Shown here: one piece after another, positions 20,328 to 29,968 of the stretch
How the letters are laid out: each line of letters begins with the position of its first letter
Position numbering within the stretch: position 1 is the first letter of the stretch
DNA from: an uncultured Spirochaetota bacterium
GTDB taxonomy: Bacteria; Spirochaetota; Spirochaetia; SZUA-6; Fen-1364
DNA: 64,000 nt
Direction: 5' to 3'
Assembly: GCA_963845535.1 (NCBI GenBank)
Contig: CAWJSK010000012.1
Span: 880,431 to 944,430, forward strand
The notes under the pieces: generated by a model
What the model was told of the DNA's origin: nothing
The model's database searches: none
The model's input: the letters and a program-made list of their open reading frames with translations, nothing else
Made by a program: the position numbers and the translations under genes

Positions 20328-21948
20328 CCGGGCAGGCGCACCTCGAAGCTGGCTCCGCCGCGTTCGCGATTGAACGCCCGAACGGAGCCCCCGTGGCTTT
20401 CCGCAATCGACTGTACAATCGAAAGCCCCAACCCGGCGTGCTCGCCTTTTTCTTCGCCGGGGCGGAAGCTGAAGAATCGATCGAATATCCTGGCGGCATG
20501 CTCGGAAGGGATGCCCGGTCCTTCGTCGCTCACCCGGATGAGTGCCCGCGGGCCGTCCGCCTCCACGTCAATGAGAAGCGTGCTTCCGGCGGAGAGAAGC
20601 CCTCCCCGTTGTCGACCAGGTTTTGCAGTATCTGCGCCACCCGGTGCGCGGATACGGCTGCCCCGATTCCCGCGTGCCCGCGCACCAGGAAGCGCACGTC
20701 GCGTGATGAACGCGCTCGAAGCGCGCTCACGACCCTTTCGGCAATCACCCGTACATCCGGGGTGACCTCGGCGCCTTCGCCGTTTCCCCCGTCAGCTCCG
20801 CTGTCGATGCGCGATATCTCCCGCACCCCTGCCAGGAGCCTTTCCATCCGGTTCACGTCATCCATGGCCATCGCGAGCAGCTCCCGCCGTTCCCGGCCGT
20901 CCCTCTCAGACTGCGCGAGCTCGAGCGCCGAGCGGATCGAGGCGAGGGGGTTCTTCAGCTCGTGGGAAACATCCGAAGCAAAACTCTCGGCAAGGCGGAC
21001 GTGACGGGCAAGTTTTTCCGTAAGAGTCCCGAGGCTTCGGGAAAGATCGCCAATTTCGTCCCTGCGCCGCGCGGGGACGAGCGTGCCTGACATCCTCCCC
21101 CGGGCATCAATGACGCCGTGGGCCTGGTCCCTCAGCCTGCGCAGGGGAACGGTGACGGTCACGGAAAGCAGGAAGCTGAGCACAAGAGATGTTGCCAGGG
21201 ACCAGAGGAAGAGCCGAAAGATGTCCAGGCGCAAAGAGTAAAGGTCGATCAAGATCCGCCCCGTGGATTGCGAGACAAGGACTGCTCCAATGACGCGGCC
21301 CTGTCCCATGACGGGAATGGCGCTGTAGAGTGTTACCGATTGCTGGCCTTTTGAAATCCGGGTGGCGGCGCCGTACCTCCCGGCAAGCGCGTCCATGATC
21401 TCAGACCCCGAGAGCATGTTCGGGCTTCTGTCATACAAATCCGATTCCGTCGCGAGCGGCGCGGGGGGCCGCAAGAAACGCCGCCATGCGCGGACCGGCA
21501 GGGACGCCAGCCTGTAAAGGAACGTCCCCTGCGCCACCCGGTCAGGCTCCGAGGCCTGGTTGCGCGTCGAAACGGGTCCCGCGGCCCCCCGCGGGACCAT
21601 TCTGCTCGAATCCGCCAGGAGCGTTCCCCGTGCGTCGACCACTCGCATGCGGGCGTCATGGCGCTGGCGCAGATGCGCGATGATGCGCCCCGCCTCTGTT
21701 CCGAGATCGGAGCCGCTGTCCTCCAGGGAGGCAGCGAGCACGCGTCCCTGCTGGACAAGGGAGCCCTCCAACGAGGCGAGCAGTTGACGCTCGTATGTTC
21801 CCAGCGAAAGAAAGCCGGCGATCGGCAGGAAGACGATCAGAATGTTGAACGCCATGAGGCGGGCCGTGATTCCCGCCAGCGCTTTTCGGATTCGAACGAT
21901 GCCAGGCGTCGAACGTCCGGGCCCTGAGCGGACCGCCTTAGCCTTCAC
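20312..21948 (-). CDS. ChvG/CreC-like sensor histidine kinase, frameshifted near 20586
   Basis: LMAFNILIV TM, HAMP, DVSHELKNPLASIRSA and NLVDN. The G-boxes (DEGPG, GLGL) continue in ORF 20312-20566 after a 1-base shift. Confidence 0.85.
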
Positions 21949-22648
21949 GCCAGCGGTATCCCAAACCATAGAGGGTTTCAATGGCGTCAAAAGCATCATC
22001 TTCCCGTTCGAGCTTCGCCCGGATGCGCCGGATATGGCAGTCGATGGTCCGGTCCCCCATGTACGAATCCTGGGGAAATGCATCCGAAAGCAGCTGCTCG
22101 CGGGTCCGCACATGGCCGCCGTGCCGGGCAAGGGAGTGGAGGATGCGGAACTCCGTCACGGTGAACCGCACAGGGATGCTCTTCCATGTTGCTGTAAACC
22201 GGCCCGTGTCCAGGGAAAGAGGGCCGACTGCCACACATTCCCCGTCTCCCGGCGCCTCATCCTCTTTCCGCCCCGCGCGTCGAAAAAGCACTTTCACCCG
22301 CGCCGCAAGCTCCCGCAGGGAAAAAGGCTTGCACAGGTAGTCATCCGCCCCCAGCTCCAGGCCAAGGACCCGGTCGAACTCTTCGTCCCGGGAGGTCAGG
22401 AACATTACCGGGACCCGCTCGGAGAGAGCGCGGATGCGCCGGCACAGCTCCAGGCCGTCCATGCGCGGCATGATGATGTCGAGAATGGCAAGGTCAGGCA
22501 GCGCGCGCTCGAACTCGGACCATGCTTCGGCGCCGTTGGTGAACGCCTGGACGCGGTATCCCTCCCGGCGGAGCGCCTTTGCAACCGTGGTGCGCAAGTG
22601 GGCCTCGTCATCGACAAGGGCAATCAGCGGCGACTGTGCGTCGTTCAC
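21938..22648 (-). CDS. ChvI/OmpR-family response regulator
   Basis: IALVDDE, LDIIMPRMDG, GADDYLCKPFS and DRTIDCHIRRIRAK motifs. Confidence 0.9.
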   Translation of the reverse strand: MNDAQSPLIALVDDEAHLRTTVAKALRREGYRVQAFTNGAEAWSEFERALPDLAILDIIMPRMDGLELCRRIRALSERVPVMFLTSRDEEFDRVLGLELGADDYLCKPFSLRELAARVKVLFRRAGRKEDEAPGDGECVAVGPLSLDTGRFTATWKSIPVRFTVTEFRILHSLARHGGHVRTREQLLSDAFPQDSYMGDRTIDCHIRRIRAKLEREDDAFDAIETLYGLGYRWREG

Positions 22649-22697
22649 GTCATGAAGTCTATCACGCTGCCTTTGGGTTGAGAATGAACGCCTGCAA

Positions 22698-22747
22698 GCA
22701 ACAATTCCGCAACAATTCGCCTCCATACTACAACAGTGCCGCAAAGA
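22698..22747. promoter_or_regulatory. 11-bp-period direct repeats in the regulator/creD divergent region
   Basis: GCAACAATTCC-GCAACAATTCG, plus a weaker CAACAG/CAAAGA pair at 22731/22742. Confidence 0.55.
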
Positions 22748-22779
22748 TGCGGCCCCGGGGACGCCGTACACTCCATGGC

Positions 22780-24213
22780 ATGAAAACACAAGATGAGGGC
22801 GGTCACGAAGCACCGCCCCGTTCCTCCCGGGGCGCGCTGTCGAACGCGGCGCGCAAGCACTCGGTCATCGCGAAGGTCCTGATCATCGCCTTCCTCCTTC
22901 TCCTGCTCCTGTGGCCGCTCCTCATGTTCCAACGGCTCGTCCATGAGAGGGAACAGAGACGGCAGGAAGTTGAATCCGAGATCATGGGGTCGTGGGGCGG
23001 GGCGCTGACCGTTGCCGGGCCTTTTCTTTCCGTCCCGTACATCGGTCGGACGGTGGATGCAAACGGCAAGCGCGTGGAAACGATGGAGACCGCCCGCTTC
23101 CTCCCTTACACGCTGGTGGTGGAGGGCACGATGCTTCCGCAGAGGCGGAGCCGCGGCATGTACGACGTCACCGTATACTCTGCCAAGCTGAACGTGAGCG
23201 GGACGTTTGGGCGCCCTGATTTTTCGGGCTGGCGCATCAGTCCGGCAGACATCCTGTGGGACCAGGCTGTGCTTTCCGTGGAGCTTCCCGACATGCGGGC
23301 GCTCCAGGACGTCGTCCCACTCACGTGGGGCCGGGGCAACGGAGGGTTTCGGTCTGCGAAAAGCAGCACCGGCATGTTCCCCGGGGAGATGCGCGCCGCG
23401 ATCCCGGGCCTGGGACCGAGGGCGGGGAGCCCGTCCGCGCGGGGCGGGATTCCGTTTTCGTTCGTCCTGTCATTGCATGGCGGAGACTCCATCAGCTTCC
23501 TGCCCCTCGGCGATGAAACGACTGTCCGTCTCAGCTCACCGTGGGAAAGCCCCAACTTCAACGGCTCCTACCTTCCCGAGAGCCGCGCCGTCTCCGCCCA
23601 GGGCTTCGAGGCTCAATGGCACGTGATCTCGATGACCCGCGCGTACCCCCAGCGCTGGCAGGGAGCGGAGATCGAACCGCAGGCTCTTCTCTCCACCGCA
23701 TTCGGCGTCGGCCTCATGACCCCGGTCGACACGTACCAGAAAGTCACGCGCGCGCTGAAGTACGGGCTGCTGTTCCTCTTTCTGCCGTTCTGTACGCTTT
23801 TTCTTTTCGAGATCTTCTCACGGCAGAGAATCCATCCCCTTCAGTACCTCCTTGTGGGCCTGGGAGACTGCATCTTCTACCTGCTTCTCCTGTCGCTCGC
23901 AGAGCACATGAGCTTTGGCGCCGCGTACGGCATTGCCGCCGCCTCCTGCGCGCTGCTTGTCACCTTTTACACGATTGCCGTGGTCAAGAGCGGACGGGGA
24001 GCCCTGATGGCCCCTGTTGTCGGGGCTGCATACGGTTTCCTGGCGGTGGTCCTGTATTCCGAGGACAATGCGCTTCTCATTGGCTCACTCGGCTTATTTC
24101 TCTTGCTCAGCGCCGTCATGTATATGACGCGCAAAGTAGATTGGTATCAGAGAGATCGATTTCCGGAGCCTCAGGAGGATCACAACGAAGCCGGCGCACA
24201 GGGGTTGCCCTGA
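22780..24213 (+). CDS. creD: Inner-membrane cell-envelope integrity protein CreD
   Basis: SPWESPNFNGSYLP, RALKYG, HPLQYLLVG, LLLSLAEH and MYMTRKVDW motifs. Confidence 0.92.
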   Translation: MKTQDEGGHEAPPRSSRGALSNAARKHSVIAKVLIIAFLLLLLLWPLLMFQRLVHEREQRRQEVESEIMGSWGGALTVAGPFLSVPYIGRTVDANGKRVETMETARFLPYTLVVEGTMLPQRRSRGMYDVTVYSAKLNVSGTFGRPDFSGWRISPADILWDQAVLSVELPDMRALQDVVPLTWGRGNGGFRSAKSSTGMFPGEMRAAIPGLGPRAGSPSARGGIPFSFVLSLHGGDSISFLPLGDETTVRLSSPWESPNFNGSYLPESRAVSAQGFEAQWHVISMTRAYPQRWQGAEIEPQALLSTAFGVGLMTPVDTYQKVTRALKYGLLFLFLPFCTLFLFEIFSRQRIHPLQYLLVGLGDCIFYLLLLSLAEHMSFGAAYGIAAASCALLVTFYTIAVVKSGRGALMAPVVGAAYGFLAVVLYSEDNALLIGSLGLFLLLSAVMYMTRKVDWYQRDRFPEPQEDHNEAGAQGLP

Positions 24214-24267
24214 CAAATCGTGAATCCGTTGACAATTCCTTCGGGGGGGATGCAGACTGGGGGGCAC

Positions 24268-24906
24268 ATGCCCACAAAGCATCCCTTTCTCCTGTACTTT
24301 CGGTCCCGCCTTTCGGCCGCGCTCGCCCTCGCGGGCGCGGCGCTCGTGGTCCTGGCCCTGGTCTTCCTGCGGGGCCGGTCCCTGGTTCCGATCCTTTGCA
24401 TCGCGATCCTGTATGCGGTGCTGACCATCCTCCTGTTCTTTTCACGCCGGGGTGCCCGGGAAATCGTGAAGGAAGAAGAGGAAGACCATCTGGCAAAGGT
24501 CCGGCAAAAGATCGCCTCTCTGGCCGAGCTGCGGGAGCGCATCTCCGTCCTGAGGCTCGGTGATGAACGCATCAGCAAGGCAATCGAGTACTTCCTCCAG
24601 GAGTCCGGCGCGTACCTGCAGAAATGCCGGGAGCTCGCAACATACTCTCCCGTTGCCAACGAAAAGATCGAGCGCGCGCTCGAGATCTGCCAGGTGTTCC
24701 TCGGAGAGCGTGACGAAGAGTCCACGGGCCGCCGCTATGGCGTTCCCGGAGCAGCCGACGCTCCCACGGAAGAAGTTGCGGAAGGTTTTGCCCGGGACAT
24801 TCAGGATTGCGCCCGCATCATCAGGGAGCGGACCGTTGAAGACCTTCTTGGGGGAAGCGGCGCTGAGCGCCTTGAGATCACGAAAGAGCTGGAAGAAGAC
24901 AAATGA
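24268..24906 (+). CDS. Hypothetical membrane protein (2 N-terminal TM segments plus helical domain)
   Basis: Hydrophobic hairpin then charged helices; stop overlaps the next ATG (ATGA). Confidence 0.75.
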   Translation: MPTKHPFLLYFRSRLSAALALAGAALVVLALVFLRGRSLVPILCIAILYAVLTILLFFSRRGAREIVKEEEEDHLAKVRQKIASLAELRERISVLRLGDERISKAIEYFLQESGAYLQKCRELATYSPVANEKIERALEICQVFLGERDEESTGRRYGVPGAADAPTEEVAEGFARDIQDCARIIRERTVEDLLGGSGAERLEITKELEEDK

Positions 24907-26528
24907 AAAAGACACTCCTCGCATGCATGATCGCGCTGTGCACGGCGGCCCTGGGCGCATTCGGAGTCTCAGCGGACCTGAAGTCCGTGGAAATGGACAT
25001 CGTGGTTCGAACGGACGGAAAAGCTGACTTTTATGAAGGTCTCGATTGGCATGCCGCGGGCGGCGAGATGCACGGTTTCTATTTCCAGGGGGCCGCCGTC
25101 ACGCCCGTTTTCAACCAGCAGCAATGCTACGCGGACCTCGGCAACAAGAAGCGCATCGGGCTGGACATCAAGGACCTCGGTGATGGGAAGTACGATGTGG
25201 TCCTGGCCGGCGGCCAGGGTTTCACCGGTGAAGCCATGTATTTCCTCGCCTATGGCGGAGATCTGGCCGCCAGCGGTCTGATCGGGTGGACGAAATCGGC
25301 GGACTACGGGGAGCTGTTCTACTTCGACCTTGCCCCGGAGGAGTGGGACCAACCGCTCGGGCATCGCACGCTGCGGATCACGCTTCCGGTGACTGTCGCG
25401 GGGGAGAAGGTGGGCGCTGATGCGCTGAACCTGCTCGGTTTCCGGACGGAACCATACGTGAACAAGGAAAACAGCATCGATGCGTACGGGACAAAAGGAA
25501 ACGACGGTTCGTACTACCTGACCATCAGGTTCAACCAGGAAAACGTGGCCAACCGTCAGTCGGAGCGCATTCAGTTCTACCTGAAAAAGTCGGCGGTTCC
25601 CATGCAGGCAGGTGCCCTGCTCCAATCCATTCCCCAGGGCTCGGGCAACACAGGCAGCCCGGAATCCCCCGAGATCCAGGCCGCACCGCGCGCGCAGCTC
25701 AGCCTTCCCGCCATGGGGGCTGTTTTCGCCGTCATCCTGGCTGCAATCCTGCTCTTGTATATTGCAAAAGTGCGCGGCTTCGGCAAGACCATGGAAAAGG
25801 TGGAGGGCATCCGCTGGGCAGGAGACAACTGGATCCCGCCCAAACTGTACGGCGGCACCTACGAGGTCAAAGGGAAAATCGTGAAAGACCTCCACCCCGT
25901 CGAGGTCGCGCTGCTCCTGGAAATGCCGCTCCAAAGGGTCGTTGCAATCATGTTGGAAGGCCTCAAGAGACAAGGCGTCATCGAGGTGGTCTCTGAGGAT
26001 CCCCTGCGGATCAAGATCCTCACCGCCAGAAAAGCGGAGCACGAGTACGAGGAGCTTTTCCTGCAGTCCTTCGACACCCGCGGGGACGTGCTTTCGGGTT
26101 TGCTTGCGGACTTCTTCGAAAAGGTCCTGGCAAAGCTCCAGGAGAAGATATGGGACGCCGACATCGACGCAACAAAGGAATATTACCGGAGCCAACTGGA
26201 AAGACGAGAGGAGACCGAGCAGGACAAGGCGGCCCCGTACTACTGGTACTGGTCATCGTACCGCTGGATCTACTGGAACACGGCGGTCTACTCGCAGGTG
26301 CATCTCCCCCATGACTTCTCCGCGGACTACCGGACGTTCATGGCGTCAGCATCGTGCTTCAAGGGATGCTTTGCGCCCCCCCAGGCAACCACCGGCGGCG
26401 TGGGTGCGTGCTATTCGGCCTGCCACAACGCCTGCCATTCCGCCTGCCATCATGCCTGCCACTCAGCGTGCCATTCCGCCTGTCACTCAGCGTGCCATTC
26501 CGCCTGCGTGTCGGGAGGAGCCCATTGA
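24903..26528 (+). CDS. Signal-peptide, single-TM protein (loosely DUF2207-like) with a C-terminal CxxxC/ACHS-repeat tail; putative rSAM substrate
   Basis: MKKTLLACMIALCTAALGA signal, TM AVFAVILAAILLLYIA, tail ACYSACHNACHSACHHACHSACHSACHSACHSACVSGGAH. Confidence 0.85.
   Translation: MKKTLLACMIALCTAALGAFGVSADLKSVEMDIVVRTDGKADFYEGLDWHAAGGEMHGFYFQGAAVTPVFNQQQCYADLGNKKRIGLDIKDLGDGKYDVVLAGGQGFTGEAMYFLAYGGDLAASGLIGWTKSADYGELFYFDLAPEEWDQPLGHRTLRITLPVTVAGEKVGADALNLLGFRTEPYVNKENSIDAYGTKGNDGSYYLTIRFNQENVANRQSERIQFYLKKSAVPMQAGALLQSIPQGSGNTGSPESPEIQAAPRAQLSLPAMGAVFAVILAAILLLYIAKVRGFGKTMEKVEGIRWAGDNWIPPKLYGGTYEVKGKIVKDLHPVEVALLLEMPLQRVVAIMLEGLKRQGVIEVVSEDPLRIKILTARKAEHEYEELFLQSFDTRGDVLSGLLADFFEKVLAKLQEKIWDADIDATKEYYRSQLERREETEQDKAAPYYWYWSSYRWIYWNTAVYSQVHLPHDFSADYRTFMASASCFKGCFAPPQATTGGVGACYSACHNACHSACHHACHSACHSACHSACHSACVSGGAH
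26406..26507 (+). repeat. 12-bp coding tandem repeat (A-C-H-S)n
   Basis: Nine Cys codons spaced 12 bp apart (26409 to 26505), with synonymous variation between units. Confidence 0.92.
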
Positions 26529-28009
26529 GGCCTCGCGGAAAAGCCCGCCCTGGCACAGGCGGCAGCGTTGCTGACTCCCTGAAGTGGGTGGACGAGTTCT
26601 TCCGGGAGGCCGGGGGCCACATCTTCGCCCGGCAGGAAGATGACGTCATCATCCTCCCGCCGAACCAGGTGTACAAGGCCAACGCCACGGGGATTGCAAT
26701 CGTCCGACACATGCTTGACGGAGGAAGCGTACGGACCATCCCGGGCATCGAGAAGGATGACAGGGCGCTCCAGGTGGCTGAGTTCGCTTTCCGCCTTCGC
26801 GCCTTATACCTCGGAGAGCCTTCACCTCTGCCTCCGCTGGAAACAGTCCCCTATTCGTTCCAGTTCACGCGGCTCCCCATTCTCGGAGAGATTGCCGTCA
26901 CCTGGCGCTGCAACAACGCCTGCCAGTTCTGCTACGCCGGGTGCGGAACGGATATCCACGCCGGCACGCCGCGCGCCGTCTCCGGGAGCAACGGAAAGGA
27001 AATGACCCTGAAGGAGGTGAAGCGGATTTTGCGCATTTTCCGGGATGACGCGCGGATTCCGTTCTTCTCCTTCACCGGCGGAGAGCCCCTTCTTCGCTCT
27101 GACCTGGAGGAAATGATCCGCCATGCGCGCGGCCTGGGCCTCCAGATGAACCTCGTGACCAACGGAACGCTTGCGGATGGTCCCCGGGCAAGAAGCCTTT
27201 TCGAAGCCGGCCTTCGAACGGCGCAAGTCAGCGTGGAAAGCCCGCGGGAGCAGGTCCATGACCATCTCACGCGGCGCCCGGGATCATGGCGCCAAACCCT
27301 GGAGGGAATCCGGGCCATGCGGGAGGCGGGCATCTCGGTGCAGACGAACACCACGGTCACCGCCGTCACCGCAGCGGACGCGCCGAGCATGCCGGCGTTT
27401 CTCAAGAGCCTCGGCGTGGGGAGGTTCGCCATGAACCTGTATATCCCGGGCGCCCACGAGGGGCACGCAGCGGAAGACAGCGCAGCAAACCACCCCGGGG
27501 AGAGCGCGCTCAAGGACGAGCTTTTTCTCCCGTACTCGCGCGCGGGCGCCGTCATTGACAACGTCCGGGAGGCTGCGCGCCGGGAAGGCCTGGTCTTCTT
27601 CTGGTACTCGCCAATCCCTCACTGCCACTACAACACGATTGCCCGAGGGTTGGGCAACAAGTCCTGCGCGGCCATGGACGGCCTTCTGTCTGTATCTCCT
27701 GCCGGGGATGTTCTGCCCTGTTCCTCGTACCCGCTCTCCATGGGAAGCCTGCTGGAGACGGGGTTCCGCCAGATCTGGTTTTCCGAGCGGGCCCAGTTCT
27801 TCAAGAACAAGCGCTATGCGCCCCCGGAATGCAAGGGGTGTGACAGCTTCACGGCGTGCCAGGCCGCCTGCCCTCTGTACTGGCAGCAGGCAGGCACCGC
27901 TGAGATCAGGGCCAAACGGAGCGTAACCTCCGCGGGTGAAGCCGCCGAGGGTAGAGACGCTCCGGGCGGAAGCGCTCGGGGCGGAAGCGTTCCGTGCGCG
28001 GCGTCCTGA
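26525..28009 (+). CDS. Radical SAM/SPASM protein with N-terminal RRE/PqqD-like domain
   Basis: TTG start overlaps the upstream TGA and follows GGGAGGAG. CNNACQFC and GGEPLL motifs; SPASM cysteines CAAMDG..DVLPC..CKGCDSFTACQAACP; N-terminal VIILPPNQVYKANATGIAIV. Confidence 0.92.
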   Translation: MRPRGKARPGTGGSVADSLKWVDEFFREAGGHIFARQEDDVIILPPNQVYKANATGIAIVRHMLDGGSVRTIPGIEKDDRALQVAEFAFRLRALYLGEPSPLPPLETVPYSFQFTRLPILGEIAVTWRCNNACQFCYAGCGTDIHAGTPRAVSGSNGKEMTLKEVKRILRIFRDDARIPFFSFTGGEPLLRSDLEEMIRHARGLGLQMNLVTNGTLADGPRARSLFEAGLRTAQVSVESPREQVHDHLTRRPGSWRQTLEGIRAMREAGISVQTNTTVTAVTAADAPSMPAFLKSLGVGRFAMNLYIPGAHEGHAAEDSAANHPGESALKDELFLPYSRAGAVIDNVREAARREGLVFFWYSPIPHCHYNTIARGLGNKSCAAMDGLLSVSPAGDVLPCSSYPLSMGSLLETGFRQIWFSERAQFFKNKRYAPPECKGCDSFTACQAACPLYWQQAGTAEIRAKRSVTSAGEAAEGRDAPGGSARGGSVPCAAS

Positions 28010-28022
28010 GGAGAAGAGAAAA

Positions 28023-28919
28023 ATGGAAATGCGATTTGTCGTTTCACGCGTCTTCTTCCCCGCCCGGCTCGTCATCCTTGCCGGCTTCGCGCTCCTGGGT
28101 TTCGCCGCCCAGGTCCTCCTGCCCGCGGGAGTCGGCTTCTTCCTGGGGACCGCTCTCATGGTGCCCGGGCTGATCTTCGTCTCGGCGCGCAGCTTCCGAA
28201 ACAAACCCATGGACGTGGGCCAGGAGGACTGGAATGCGGCCTCGGTCCGGGAGTTCGACCGCATCAAGAGCAACCTCCAGCTCACCCGACAGAAAGCCTT
28301 CTCCGTGATCTACCGGCCGGGCTTCGGCTGGTTCCTCGCCGTGGTGCTGGCCCTCGCAAGCGCCGTCCTTGCCGGGAGCGATCGTCCTTTTGCGGCGCTC
28401 GTGACGTTCGACGCGCTCGTGCTCCTCGTTCCGTTCCTCCTGACCGGCAACGTAAAGCTCTGGACCCCCCAGGAGTTGGCGTTCCGCATGCGCGCTTTCG
28501 ACCCCATCCTTTCCACCGAACAGGCTGAAGGCGGTAACGTCATCATCACCCCCTACCTGAGGCTGGACAAGGACAAAGAAGGCCACGAGATTCCGGAGGA
28601 CATCCGGCTCATGGTTGAGCCGCGCAGGAAGCCCACGGACTTCCTCGGCGTCCAGATCCAGGTTGCCGTCAACAAAGGTCCCAACGGAAGCGTTCCGTAC
28701 ATGTACGCCGTTTTTCTTTGCCGAGGGAAAGGGCAGACGTACCAGAAGCTCGCCTCCATGAGCTTCGATGACTTCGTGAAGGAGCCCGGGGGTGACAAGG
28801 AATATGGTTATGTCGTTGTTCGGCAGCAGACCTCAGGCACCGGCTACCACACAACGGATTCTGACGTCCGTCGTCTCTATGAGATGGTGAAGCAGAAGCT
28901 CCTTGCCATGAACGGGTAG
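28023..28919 (+). CDS. Hypothetical multi-TM membrane protein
   Basis: Four hydrophobic segments then a soluble domain; 13 bp after the rSAM stop, GAGGAG RBS. Confidence 0.8.
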   Translation: MEMRFVVSRVFFPARLVILAGFALLGFAAQVLLPAGVGFFLGTALMVPGLIFVSARSFRNKPMDVGQEDWNAASVREFDRIKSNLQLTRQKAFSVIYRPGFGWFLAVVLALASAVLAGSDRPFAALVTFDALVLLVPFLLTGNVKLWTPQELAFRMRAFDPILSTEQAEGGNVIITPYLRLDKDKEGHEIPEDIRLMVEPRRKPTDFLGVQIQVAVNKGPNGSVPYMYAVFLCRGKGQTYQKLASMSFDDFVKEPGGDKEYGYVVVRQQTSGTGYHTTDSDVRRLYEMVKQKLLAMNG

Positions 28920-28979
28920 GCAACGGCAACAGCGCCACACGGAGGGCCGTCAGGAGCGCTCGCATTGCCTCCCCGCTTT

Positions 28980-29960
28980 TCAGCTATGGCCCAGGACGCG
29001 GTGCGGGTGGTACGGCTCTTCCAGTGTCCTGATGTGGTCCGGTGAAAGTTTGATGGACAGCGCCTCCACGGCTTGCTCGAGATGCGGAAGCTTGCTTGCG
29101 CCGGCAATCGGCGCGGTAATGTACGGCTTTGACAGCATCCACGCCAGCGCCACCTGGGGCATGGTCTTGCCGATCTCCTTCGCCACCTGGGCCACCCGGT
29201 CCACGATGACGAAATCCTCATCCTGGTAGTACATGTTCTTCGCAAACTCGTCCGACTTGCTGCGCGTCGTTGAGCCGCCTCCCTCACGGGCGCGGTTTCC
29301 GGCAAGGAAGCCGCGGGCCAGGGGGCTCCAGGGGATGATCCCCAATCCCTGGTCCACGCACAGCGGTATCATCTCCCGCTCCTCCTCCCGATAGACGAGA
29401 TTGTAGTGGTTCTGCATTGACACGAACCGGCTCCAGCCCTTCTGCGTGGACACCGAAAGCGCCCTGGCGAGCTGCCAGGCATACATGCTTGAGGCGCCGA
29501 TGTAGCGCGCCTTTCCGCTGCGGACCACGTCATTCAAGGCTTCCAGGGTTTCCTCAATCGGCGTGTCGGGGTCCCACCGGTGGATCTGGTAGAGGTCGAC
29601 ATGGTCCATTCCCAGCCGACGCAACGATGCGTCGATGGCGTTCATGATGTGCTTGCGTGACAGTCCGGCATTGTTGGGGTCCTGCCCCATCCTGTTGAAC
29701 ACCTTTGTGGCAACAACCACTTCGTCGCGACGGGCAAAATCCTTGATGGCGCGCCCTGTCACTTCCTCGCTCGCCCCGAGAGAGTAGACGTCCGCGGTGT
29801 CAAAGAAGTTGATCCCCAGCTCGATGGCCCGCTTGTAGAACTGTCTCGAGTCCTTTTCCTCCAGGACCCAGTCGCGCCATGAAGGAGAACCGTACGTCAT
29901 GGTCCCCAGACATATCCGGGAGACCTTGAGTCCCGTGCTTCCCAATCGAACGTATTCCAT
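28980..29960 (-). CDS. Aldo/keto reductase
   Basis: LGTMTYG, DTADVY, DLYQIHRWD, MQNHYNL and WSPLARG motifs. Confidence 0.95.
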   Translation of the reverse strand: MEYVRLGSTGLKVSRICLGTMTYGSPSWRDWVLEEKDSRQFYKRAIELGINFFDTADVYSLGASEEVTGRAIKDFARRDEVVVATKVFNRMGQDPNNAGLSRKHIMNAIDASLRRLGMDHVDLYQIHRWDPDTPIEETLEALNDVVRSGKARYIGASSMYAWQLARALSVSTQKGWSRFVSMQNHYNLVYREEEREMIPLCVDQGLGIIPWSPLARGFLAGNRAREGGGSTTRSKSDEFAKNMYYQDEDFVIVDRVAQVAKEIGKTMPQVALAWMLSKPYITAPIAGASKLPHLEQAVEALSIKLSPDHIRTLEEPYHPHRVLGHS

Positions 29961-29968
29961 CTCTTTCC

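Noticed and set aside
26406..26507. CHSACH read as CX3CH heme-c attachment motifs (multiheme cytochrome)
   Set aside because: The motifs overlap and share Cys residues, the tail is predicted cytoplasmic, and no cytochrome c maturation genes are nearby.
26354..26524. ORF-track start of the rSAM at 26354
   Set aside because: It is an off-frame reading of the repeat. TTG 26525 has a strong RBS and overlaps the upstream stop.
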